The translations under genes and the position numbers were made by a program. Shown here piece by piece: positions 29,801 to 40,422 of a stretch of 64,000 nt of DNA. The notes beneath the pieces are model-generated. The model was not told the DNA's origin. It did not search any database and saw only the letters and a program-made list of their open reading frames with translations. This DNA comes from Rhizophagus irregularis (taxonomy: Eukaryota), in contig NC_089430.1 in assembly GCF_026210795.1 (NCBI RefSeq), positions 1,984,001 through 2,048,000 of the forward strand, read 5' to 3'. Each line of letters opens with the position of its first letter. Positions within the stretch are counted from its first letter, which is position 1.

Positions 29801-32122
29801 ACATAAAATTTTAAACTAACTAAATTCCTTATTTAAATAGATCGTAAGTTATACATTATTTATTTAATTCTATTATTACTATTGTTATAATATTTACATA
29901 TAATTTAAACTAACTAAATTCTAAAAATTGTTTATTAATATAGGGAGTAAGTTATTTATTTAATTCTATTATTACTTATTGTTATACAATTTAAACTAAC
30001 TAAATTCTTTATTTAAATAGATTGTAAGTTATAACTTATTTATTTAATTCTATTATTACTTATTGTTATAATATTTACATATATTTTAAACTGATTAAAT
30101 TCTTTATTTAAATAGATTGTAAGTTATAAGTTATTTATTTAATTCTATTATTACTTATTGTTATAATATTTACGCATAATTTAAACTAATTAAACTCTTT
30201 ATTTAAAAATTATTAAATAATATAGCATGTAAGTTATAAGTTATTTATTAATTCTATTATTACTTATTGTTATAATATTTACATATAATTTAAACTAACT
30301 AAATTCTTTATTTAAATAGATCGTAAGTTATAAGTTATTTATTAATTCTATTATTACTTATAATATTTATATATAAATTAAACTAACTAAATTCTTTATT
30401 TAAAAAATTATTTCATAGATGGTAAGTTATTTATTTAATTCTATTATTACTTATTGTTATAATATTTACATATAATTAAACTAACTAAATTATTTATTTA
30501 ATAATATAAGCTTGTAAGTTATTTTTTGTTTCTATTGTTATCTATTTTATAAATATTTATTTGTTAATTGGATTTTTTATTTAAAATCTTTGTTACTTTA
30601 GTTGGTAAGTTGTAAATATGTTATTATTATATATATTTATACAAAATCTAAGACATATATTATATTAAATTTCTATTTAAATTTTAGAGTAAGTGTTAAT
30701 TTTAATCTTAAATTTTAGTGTAATTTTTATTATAAACTTCAATATAATTTTAATTATTTAAATTTATATATAGATTTGGAAAAAGTGGAGATACAATTAT
30801 GGATAATTTTATTTTGGAAAAAAAATTTAAATGGATTCCTTATGATAAATTTAAAAATGTTGAATATCTTGATAAAGGAGGATTTGGTACTATATATAAA
30901 GCTATTTGGTTTTATAATAATAAAGATAATGAAGTAATTCTTAAATGTCATATTAATTTAAGTGAAAATTTAAATGAATTTTTAAATGAAGTATGATAAT
31001 ATATTATTTATTTTTTTAATTTGAATTATATTTTATTTATACTAATACATTATTACTTTTTTATAGTGGAAATATCATGAAAGTTGTTTAAGTTCATATG
31101 ATATTATTTATTTTTATGGGTTTACAAAAGATCCAGATACTTTGAAATATATGGTAGTAATGGATTATGCAAACAAAGGTAATTTAAGAGGAAACTTAAC
31201 AAGAATAATCAAAAGTGGTTGGTATCAAAAATTATACATGTTATTTGAAATTATTTCTGGACTTAATGATATGCATAAACAAAATCTTATTCATTGTGAT
31301 TTTCATGATGGAAATATTTTAAATCATAATGAAAGTAAGATTTATATTAGTGATTTAGGATTATGTAAACCTGTAAAATCATTTTTGAAAAAATATGATA
31401 TTTATGGTGTTATACCATTTATGGCACCAGAAGTTTTAAGAGGCAATTCTTATACTCTAGCTAGTGATATATATAGTTTTTCTATGATTATGTGGGAATT
31501 TACGTCTGGGGTACCACCATTTAATAATAGAGCACATGATTTTCAACTTAGCTTAAGTATTTGTGGAGGTGAACATCCTGAAATTATTGAAAATACTCCA
31601 CAATGTTATGTAGATTTGATGGAAAAGTGTTGGAATGAAAACCAATTAAAAAGGCCATCTTCTAAAGAAGTTTTAAATATTATTAAAGAATGGATTTCTC
31701 TTCCAGATAATGTGAAAGTCGAAGATATTAATGAAGAATTAAAATGCAATATTATGGAATTTATAAATGCACCAATTGGGTATAACAATAATCTTGCTAC
31801 TGAATCTCATCCAAAAGCACATTATGCAAGCCGCTTACTTGGTTTTACTAGTAAACAATTGAATGAAATTCTTGAAAGCAGAGATTTGCAAGCTTATAAT
31901 TCAAGTCAATCATTTACTACTAGTGGAAAAGTGAATGAAGAAAGTGAAGATTCACAATCTAGTATAAAAGTTAATGAAATGCTAGTAAGTAAAGATTTGG
32001 ATGATTGTATAGTTAATTTGAAATTATCAGGTATGTAATATAATGTATATAAAAAGAATTAACTTTGCAAATTATTTATGTAAAATTAATTTTATTTATT
32101 TAATTATTTAGATAAAAAATAA
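26863..32122 (+). CDS. Non-RD TKL-like protein kinase whose N-terminus is predicted to be encoded by 37 3-nt micro-exons and one 1-nt exon
   Basis: Exon 1 26863-26884, exon 2 26968-27066, micro-exons 27161-30604, 1-nt exon 30688, then 30774-30990, 31067-32030, 32112-32122. Full splice gives MALSNDKVSDNIELEG..KESK-ALNDWYHHYRRNLVGNLIDLDRNSYHRNNRNYSYHAF-E-FGKSGDTIMDNFI..DKGGFGTIY..VILK..HCDFHDGN..SDLGL..MAPE. The kinase exons are firm; the micro-exon model is a prediction. Confidence 0.8.
27067..30773 (+). repeat. Tandem array of 77-116 bp units, each an intron plus a micro-exon
   Basis: Consensus GTAAGTTATAAGTTATTTATTTAATTCTATTATTACTTATTGTTATAATATTTACATATAATTTAAACTAACTAAATTCTTTATTTAAATAG-NNN. 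Confidence 0.95.
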
Positions 32123-32493
32123 CTAGTAATTATTTGCATTTTATAGTTCTTTTATAAGTGATATTTAATGTCATGCATTTAACAGAAATTGTTGTTTAGA
32201 TTAATTTAAATACTAAGGCTAAAGTACTATTAAAATATTTTCAATATTCTTAGTTTGTAATTTAAATAATTCCTTCTTTTTATATTTTATTCATATATGT
32301 ATTCTCTTTTTTTATAATTATTTAAACACTAAGGCTAGAGTAGTAATATTTTACAAATTTCTTAGCTTGTAATTTAAATAATCTTTTTAACTTTTCCAAT
32401 TATTAAATATAAATTATCAAATAATTCTAATGGGTATATAGAAAACATATATTGTACAGTTGATTTTTCACAAAGTTTGACATACATATATTT

Positions 32494-32769
32494 GGTTACA
32501 GAATGATTTCCCGACATCCATTTTCCTGACGTAACCTTTTCTTAACGATTTCCTGGCAGGACAAAATCCTGAATGGATGTATTATTGTTAAAACTATATA
32601 CCTAACCAAAGTTACATTTTCACAAACTGAATTCAGGAAAATGTCATGTCAGGATTTTGTCTTTCGGGATATTTATCGTCGGGATATTGTCATGTTGGAA
32701 AAGATGTTATTCGGAAAAATGTCCATTCAGGATTTTGTCCTGTCAGCCTGTCAGGAAATCATTGTCACC
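32494..32769. mobile_element. Small palindromic MITE interrupting the left arm of the 32432-34389 element (ends approximate)
   Basis: AATGATTTCCCGACA / TGTCAGGAAATCATT and GCAGGACAAAATCCTGAATGGA / TCCATTCAGGATTTTGTCCTG inverted pairs. Confidence 0.55.
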
Positions 32770-33212
32770 ATACATGTATAGTTTGGATGACTCCACGTGA
32801 TTATGTGCCATATCAGCCTCATTAATTTATTTATTTATTTATGTTTAACCGCAGTAATTTTATAACTTTCCCTTTTTTTTCTTTCTTTCTTTAATGTCAG
32901 ACAAAAGTTTATAAAAAGCTGAAAATATCAATTTAATTAATTATTTTAATTACTATATTAACTATTTTATTTTTTGTCTATCTTCTTTATACAAAGAGTA
33001 GAGTGTAATTTTGGTACTTTGATCATTCTTTGAAGAATAAATAAAGTTGTTTAACAAGTAAAGGGTGTTATAATTATATTTTGTAACAATATTAAGTGCA
33101 TTATACATATTTTAAATCTCTTTAGGTAACAGGTAATACACGTTTATATATTTATTTAAGTACTATTTATTGTACTTGTTTATTATATCTATTAGGAGAG
33201 ACGCGTTTTCAT

Positions 33213-33987
33213 TAGTGCTCCTACCGGGTCAAGTTGGGTCGGGTTTTGAGGAAATATTCGACCCGATCTGAATAAAAAATATAAGACTCGTATTTATTTG
33301 GGTCTCATATTTTCGTAACCCGACCCTTGACTCAACCGAGTATAATTTAACTCGTGTAACCCGGGTTAGACCCGAACATTTAAGTAAAATGGGTACTAAC
33401 TTATTTTATGTGAGATTTTCTTATAATAATAACAAAATTAATTTTTTTTTATTTGAAAAAAAGGCAACTTAGTGATTAACCACTAGTAGCCACCTAAAAT
33501 TTGTATCATGAATGGTTATACAAAACATGTAACACTAGCTCTTATTTTCTCCTAGATTAATTAAATAAAATAAAATTAAAAATACAAATTTTGAACCTGG
33601 TTTAATATAATAAAAGTCAAAGAATTAGGCAAAATAATTAGAAGATATTCAAATCAAAGATAAATTGGAATTCTAAAGCTATCAGAAAAATATTATTCTC
33701 AAAAGCCAAAGGTTAATTTTTTTATTTTTCTGATTAAGCTATGTTAATATTTGTTAAAACTAATTCTTGGCTTAATTTTGGCCAAAATTATAATTTTGCC
33801 AGAATTAAAAACATCTGGGTCAAACCCGGGTCAAACCCGAGTCAAGGAAATTTATAACCCGACCCGGCGGGTCGGGTCATGCGGGTCATGCAGGTCACGG
33901 GTCATTAAAAATCGTTAGTACCGACCCGATTTAAAAGTCGAGTCGGGTCAAATTAACCCGGGTCGACTCGTATCATTCGGAGCACTA
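33213..33987. mobile_element. Non-autonomous hAT element
   Basis: TIR TAGTGCTCC / GGAGCACTA, perfect 8-bp TSD GTTTTCAT, subterminal ACCCG/CGGGTC repeats; same family as 58644-59491. Confidence 0.92.
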
Positions 33988-35098
33988 GTTTTCATATTTA
34001 TTTAGGTGTTATTTGTGTTATTTATTATACTTATTTTATTAGGAGATACGCGTTTATTTATTAATAGATAAGCAGACATAAATTTCAATATGAAATTAAA
34101 CGAACTTATCATTTTTTTTTTATCAATAGAGCATATTTTTATTGTTTTATTAACTTTTTGAAAGTAAATAATTTTCAATTTAAAAACATAAATTTTAAAA
34201 GCATGAAAATTAATTTTCTTAAAAAAAATTTGCAATTAAAATTTTTCTAAGATAAATGTTACGCAGAAAAGCAAATGAGGCTGATGCGCCACAAAAAAAC
34301 GGTCCAAAATATACATGTATGGTTATTAAAATGTGTGCATGTCATACATGCGAAAAATCAACCGTACAATACATGTTTTTGTAACACCCGAAAATACTTT
34401 GCAAAATGCTGTATGGTATAAAAATTTTATTTCTATATAATAGTACTATTGATTCATTGCAATTAGTATACTGAGTATTGATTTTTCTACTTTCAAAAGC
34501 TTCGGACGATAACCAGGAGAATATTTAAAATCCCGAATATTTCTCTAACTGAAATTTTACAATAAGTACAATTAATTAATAAACATGAATGTAAAGTGAT
34601 TTTATCACCTTCTATAAATTCAAAATTTTCATCTAAGCAGTCAGTTTAGTCAGTTGGAAGTTGACAAAGCATTTCTTTTTTAGAGAAAGTAAAAAAAAAA
34701 AATTTGTAATAAATCAAAAAATGGTACCGCTTTTGAGGACTCCGAAGTTCATCCATAAAATTCTTTAAACATCATACTCACGGAATTTTATAACTATTAC
34801 TTATATTTTCATTATTTTTCCATAAATGTATCATATTCACGGAAACGGAAAAAATTTTTATAGAATTGAAGTCTATCATTAGTTGATCGATAAGTGTACG
34901 TTAATTAAAAATTTCGTATTGTTTTTATTTAATTATCCGTTCATAAAATTCTCGAAGCACAAAGTAAGACTCATTTAAATAAACTGTCATTTTATATGTA
35001 AACCAATTGTTTATTAATTTAGTAAATAAATGGTAATAAATTATATTAGATAAGTATTTAGTGATAATAGTAATAAAAAAATTATAGTCTTAATTAGT

Positions 35099-35977
35099 TT
35101 AAAGTTTTGAAGCCTCATACACTAGTTTCGTGAATTCTTCGAAAGAATATATGGGTGAATCAGTTGAACCACTTTTTGAAGCGCTTGCATTACCAATTAC
35201 CCTGCCTGTATTATTTTTATTGTCATATTGTCTAATCCAAGGACCTCCGCTTGAACCACTTCCGGTATTTAAAGGTACATATCTAAAACTACCCGATCGA
35301 GACGAACTCCCATTCCATTTGCAAGGGGAATTTCCATCTCTTTTACAATCTTTAATTTCACCATTTACTGGGTAACCTATTGCAGTGATATTATTAACTG
35401 TATCGCCCGGATTAGTATCCCAGTCGAAACATCCTGTTTTGTCTTGCAATTTACCCTGATCGTAATTGAACTTAATCATGCCATAATCATAATAATAGTG
35501 ACCATCTACTACTTCTACAGAACCTCCTTTAACGGGTATAGCAACCGGACATTGACCGTTTTCATACCCGGGGCAAAAAACCATATTTGAAGACCAACTA
35601 CCATTTCCATTATAAATACAATGTGCGGCAGTAAGCCCGATATTTCCATTTTCAGTCCTAATTACACTAGCAGTACAAAAATAATTTTTACCATCTCCGG
35701 TGTTATGAAAAAATAATTTTCCATAAGGAACATAAGGATTATAACTTGTAATGTTCGATTCCTTCACTGGTAACTGATCTCTTTTAGTACGATAATTGGG
35801 TTTATTATTTTTAGATTCATTAGTTGTTAAGGGTATTGCATCTCTCATTTTTTCAGGTGTCCAATAAGCATCTTCGATGTCAAATACTTTAGTAATTATA
35901 GAACCTGCAACCGTATATTTTAAATTAGTTATGACCGTAAGTACAATCAAAATGTAAAATATAAATTTTTCATTCAT
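35099..35977 (-). CDS. Secreted trypsin-like (PA clan, S1) serine protease, intronless, 292 aa
   Basis: Hydrophobic N-terminal signal-like peptide; triad motifs LTAAHC, YDYGMI, GSSGGPW. Confidence 0.9.
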   Translation of the reverse strand: MNEKFIFYILIVLTVITNLKYTVAGSIITKVFDIEDAYWTPEKMRDAIPLTTNESKNNKPNYRTKRDQLPVKESNITSYNPYVPYGKLFFHNTGDGKNYFCTASVIRTENGNIGLTAAHCIYNGNGSWSSNMVFCPGYENGQCPVAIPVKGGSVEVVDGHYYYDYGMIKFNYDQGKLQDKTGCFDWDTNPGDTVNNITAIGYPVNGEIKDCKRDGNSPCKWNGSSSRSGSFRYVPLNTGSGSSGGPWIRQYDNKNNTGRVIGNASASKSGSTDSPIYSFEEFTKLVYEASKL

Positions 35978-38900
35978 TTTTGAAATTAAGAATTTTAGGG
36001 TTAAAAATAACTGAAGTTATTCAAAGTGGAAATAAAAATTAGAAGTTACTTTTTTTACTTTTTTTTTAAAGAAGAAAAAAACTCAATGTTTATATATTTC
36101 TTTAATCGTGACTCAAAAAAAAAAACCTTGTGGTTTATTGTGACTGTAAATCCTTGAAGTGACATGGAATATCGATTCAAGAAAAATATTTTTGATTTTT
36201 TTTTTTTAAATTTAATTATTATTATCACTAAGAAAGGAATATGAGAATATCTCACACTATTCTCCAATGTTAAGGTGCCAATCGCGCATGTAACATGCAG
36301 ATCATTTTCATTTTACTTCATTCGATTTAATTTATCGCCGTTTTCAAAATGGTGTGTGCAACGTCGATCATCTGATTAAAAAAAATTCCCAGATTTTCAC
36401 CGAATATTTTAAACCCAAATATATGTTTCGCATTCTTTTCTAACTATTACCCAAGATTCCCTGCCAGAACTTGCATTAATAGGTTTGTTTACAGCTTTTC
36501 CTTGAGTTATAAGTCAATTTATTATGTACAGTTTTGAGTTTCTTTCGTCCAAAGTTTGAGATTATTGGCGATTATCGAGTTTACCATCAATAACTAATGA
36601 TTTTTTCATTTTCTCTAAAACTTTAACGTTCTTACATTTTTTTTTCTATTCACAGATACCATTTTCTCTCTTTTTATAATAATTATAATCAATTACATTA
36701 ATAGTGTTAATAAATTTTGTAAGTAATTTTAGATTTTTTGCCCATTACGTTATATTGCATTATTATAAAATAATTTAGCATTTTTGGTTAATTAAAAGGT
36801 TTTAGAAGGCTATATAAAGTTTTTCTGTAAATATTGGAACGTTTAAAATTTGGATTTATTGAATTTTAACGAAACTACCTAACTGTGTATACTTATTTTT
36901 ATAATTTTATAACAATAGATATTTTATGCTTCAAAACAAGTTAAGAGCTAAGTTAAAAAATTAAATAAGTTATTTAACAGGTATGGTGTTGCTTAGACTA
37001 AAGTTTTATCAAGTTTAAATGGTTATTTTAAAAAATTCTAACCATTTTTATAATAATAATATTGACTCTGTATTTATTTTCTCTTTATCTTTACAGAAAT
37101 TCTATATGAAAATTTGGAATTTTTATATTGTAAAATTGAAGCCTTATGAGGATTTAATTTGTAATTGTATAAAGGAGAAATTGAAATTATAAAACAAATA
37201 AAATTTTAAATAAAAATTAATTTTTTCGCGGAGCAATAATTTTTTTCACTTATTGTCACATGACCGTTATGATATTTGATTGGCCAATTTTGTTTATTTT
37301 GATCATATGACCAATAATCATAATCAGTATTCGAATTTCATGCATGATCGAGCTGCATATACCATTTTGAAAACGGCGATAATAACACTTATACTAATTA
37401 AGAAATTATCATGCATCTATCTAATTTTATTAATTTTACAAGAAATTGACTTATTAGCAGGGGAGCAGGGGAGCTGCCATTCGATTCATTCATTGTGTTA
37501 TAAGATAATAAGAACCATCTAAAAGCGGAAACCAAATAGTAAAGCTTTATTCACTAGTAAATTATTATTTAAAAAAAAAATTATTATTAAAAATATATAT
37601 ATATAACTAAAAAAATTTGTCTGACGTTTGGATTTATAGTTTCCGTGTAAATAATTTGAATTGTGTAATTTGAAATCCCATGCCATACAATTAAAACCCG
37701 TGACAAGCCTCCGCCTGATCTATTTATGGTCAAAAACTATTCGATCCGTGTGCATTCCAATCAACTAATCCAATTTCAGTTAATAAAATTTTCCTTTTTT
37801 TCGGAAATTTCCCTTTTTTTCAAACTGATTTCCTTTCTTTATTCTTTTTCTTCCCCCCAAATTTTTTTATTATATTAAATATATTTACAAAATTATTATT
37901 TTTTTAAAAAAAATCAATATAACAAACATATCAGATATAGGAAAATTGACCAACACAAGTAAGATTTTTTCAATTAAATTAAACGCTGGATAAATAGTTT
38001 GATTTTCAAATTCATAAAAATCAATTAATTATAAAATATGTAAAAATGTCAATTTTTTTTTGAAGAAATTGTTGATTTAATAATAGATTATTATAACCAA
38101 ATCCATATCCAAAATTGTCTAAATAACTATCAGATTTTTGAATAAAGATTTTAATTCAAATGGTTTAGTTAAATTAAGTACCAAAAGAATAATAATAAAT
38201 GAAATGAATAGATTCTAATACATTTAATTATTCAAATATTTTTTTTAAGTTGGTTATAAGTTTAAGATTGACGTAATATAAAATAAGAAATAATTATAAA
38301 ATTTATAATTAATTAAAAAAAAATATTTGTAGTATTTTCATAATATTAAAGTTTTTCAAAAATATTTCTAAAAAATTAATCAAAAAAATGAGGGTGAATG
38401 AAAAAATAGGGAGATAAAAGGATAAAAGAAACGAAGGAGAGTGAGGGAGAAATGAAATGGAGCAAAGGGTGAGCGAAAGAAATAAAAGGAACGAAAAAGA
38501 TCAAGTGGGAATAAAAAAAAATGAAAAAAATGGAGGGACGAAATGGAGCAAAGGGAAATAAAAAAAAATGAAAGGAACAAAGGGTAATGTAAAAAGAAGT
38601 GGAAATGGGAAAAAAATGAAAATGACAGAGGATAGTGTAAAGGAACAAAAAAGATGAAACGGGAATGGAATAAAAATGAAAGGAACGAAGGGTAGTGTAA
38701 AGGAATGAAAAGATGAAGAAACAAAGAGGAAATAAACATAACAGAAAAAATGAAGGAAGGGAAGAATAAAAAGAGCAAAAAAAATGAAGAAACAAAAAGA
38801 AAACAAAAAAATGGAGAAGGGACGGAAATGAGATAAACAGTAAAAACCAAACCCATAAAATTAAAAGAAGAAATAAAGTTAGTAGGAAACGGAAATTACA

Positions 38901-39769
38901 TGTAATAAATAAACAAAAACAAAAAAATAAAAAACATACCTTAGTAGTTATAAAGAATAATCGAAAGACCTAAAAAGAATGAATTCAAAATGTAAAATGA
39001 TCAGCACAAATTTAGCCAATAAAATTTAATGTGAAAAATTATTAAATCGCCCAGGGTGAAAATACACTCAAACGTCAAATCATTAATATAAACTATATTA
39101 TTCTAAATATAATTTATATCATTCTAATATTATAAATATAATTTAATACATGTTATTTATTATTTTTTGTTAACTAATTATTACCATATTAAATTCCTAA
39201 TTATAAACAAAAAACTACTGTAACCATCTTTAATTTACTTAGTATTGCATTACATTATAATACTAAATTTTTCTATTTAATAAACAAACTCATTTGTCCC
39301 GGTGCATGACTGCTAGTAATAAACTAATACTAAATTGTACTATAATCTAGATTTTTTGAAGATATAATAATATTATTAAGATTAATCACTTTTTTAAGAA
39401 CGATAAATCAGCTGTAAAATAGTGATATAGTGATCTGCAAATTCGTATACATCATAAAAAAAAAAAAATTATTAAAAAAAAAATTATTATTACGATAAAT
39501 CAGCTGTAAATAGTGATATAGTGATCTGTTAAAAAAATAATAATAATAAACTAATGCTAAATTGTACTATAATCTAAATTTTTGAAGATATAATAATATT
39601 TATTTTTAATTTTAATAAATATTTAAAAGTTACTGTAAATTTTATTAGTAAAATATTTTTAGTGGAGTAAAATTATTATTAAAAAAAAATCAAAAATTTA
39701 TTAATTAAGAAAACATTCATTTTGAAAATTTTGAAAGTATTTTTCCTTTTTTAAATTTTATGAATTCTT

Positions 39770-40200
39770 TGATAAAAATTTTTTTACGAAAAGAGAAAAA
39801 AATAGATCAAAATGGAAAACCATTTCCTTTATATTTTTTATGATTTTTTTTGATTTTTTTTTTCAACGAAAAAAAATAAATCAAAAAGGAAACCCATTTC
39901 CTTTTTCATCTTATAAATTTTTTTGATTTTTTTATGAAAAAAAATTTTTACAAAAGGAGAAAAAAAAATTAAAAAGGAAACCCATTTCCTTTTTTCATTT
40001 TTATAATTTTTTTTTGATTTTTTTTTTCATGAAAAAAAAAATTTTAACAAAAAGAGAAAAAAGTAAATCAAAAATGGTAGGGTATTTCCTTTTTTATTTT
40101 TATAAATTTTTTTGATTTTTTTTTTCAACAAAAAAAAAGTTTTTTACAAAAAGAGAAAAAATTAAAGCAAAAATGGAAAGTTATTTCCTTTTTCAATCAA
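39770..40200. repeat. Degenerate tandem repeat of about 80-100 bp (AAAAGAGAAAAAA..AAATGGAAA..CATTTCCTTT)
   Basis: About five units visible; the LINE inserted at the right edge. Confidence 0.6.
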
Positions 40201-40422
40201 AAAAAATCTAAAAAACGTTTTTTTTTTTTTTTTTACTGGTTAAACGAAAAAAACTTTATTAATTTTTTGGAAATTTATACATGTCTTTAGTTTGATTTAC
40301 AGTTATAGCTAAAAAAACTAAAACACTAATACTAAACTAAATATCTAAAACAAAATAATTATATTAAATTGTTCCTGACAAACCAGATCAAACGAAAATA
40401 ATAAAATACGCACTTAGAATAA

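Larger units (their letters stand above)
32432..34389. mobile_element. Old degenerate TIR element hosting two younger insertions
   Basis: Inverted arms AAAACATATATTGTACAGTTGATTTTTC / GAAAAATCAACCGTACAATACATGTTTT and ATCAGCCTCATT / AATGAGGCTGAT; no TSD visible. Confidence 0.55.

Noticed and set aside
27600..30520. CRISPR array or plain satellite interpretation
   Set aside because: Eukaryotic context, no unique spacers or cas genes; the variable part is 3 nt bounded by splice signals.
27161..30604. Read in phase 0 the triplets spell a transmembrane-like peptide (LSMIGIIIIVGILLGILLILIGILIIGIIGIIHIMLL)
   Set aside because: Exon 2 has a TAG in that frame and the frame does not join the kinase. 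The middle-T bias (29 of 37) is explained as the wobble position in phase 1 in an AT-rich genome.
38376..38856. Three overlapping Phe-rich ORFs
   Set aside because: Artefacts of a purine-rich low-complexity tract; the same applies to 22400-22588, 55685-55873 and 56433-56615.
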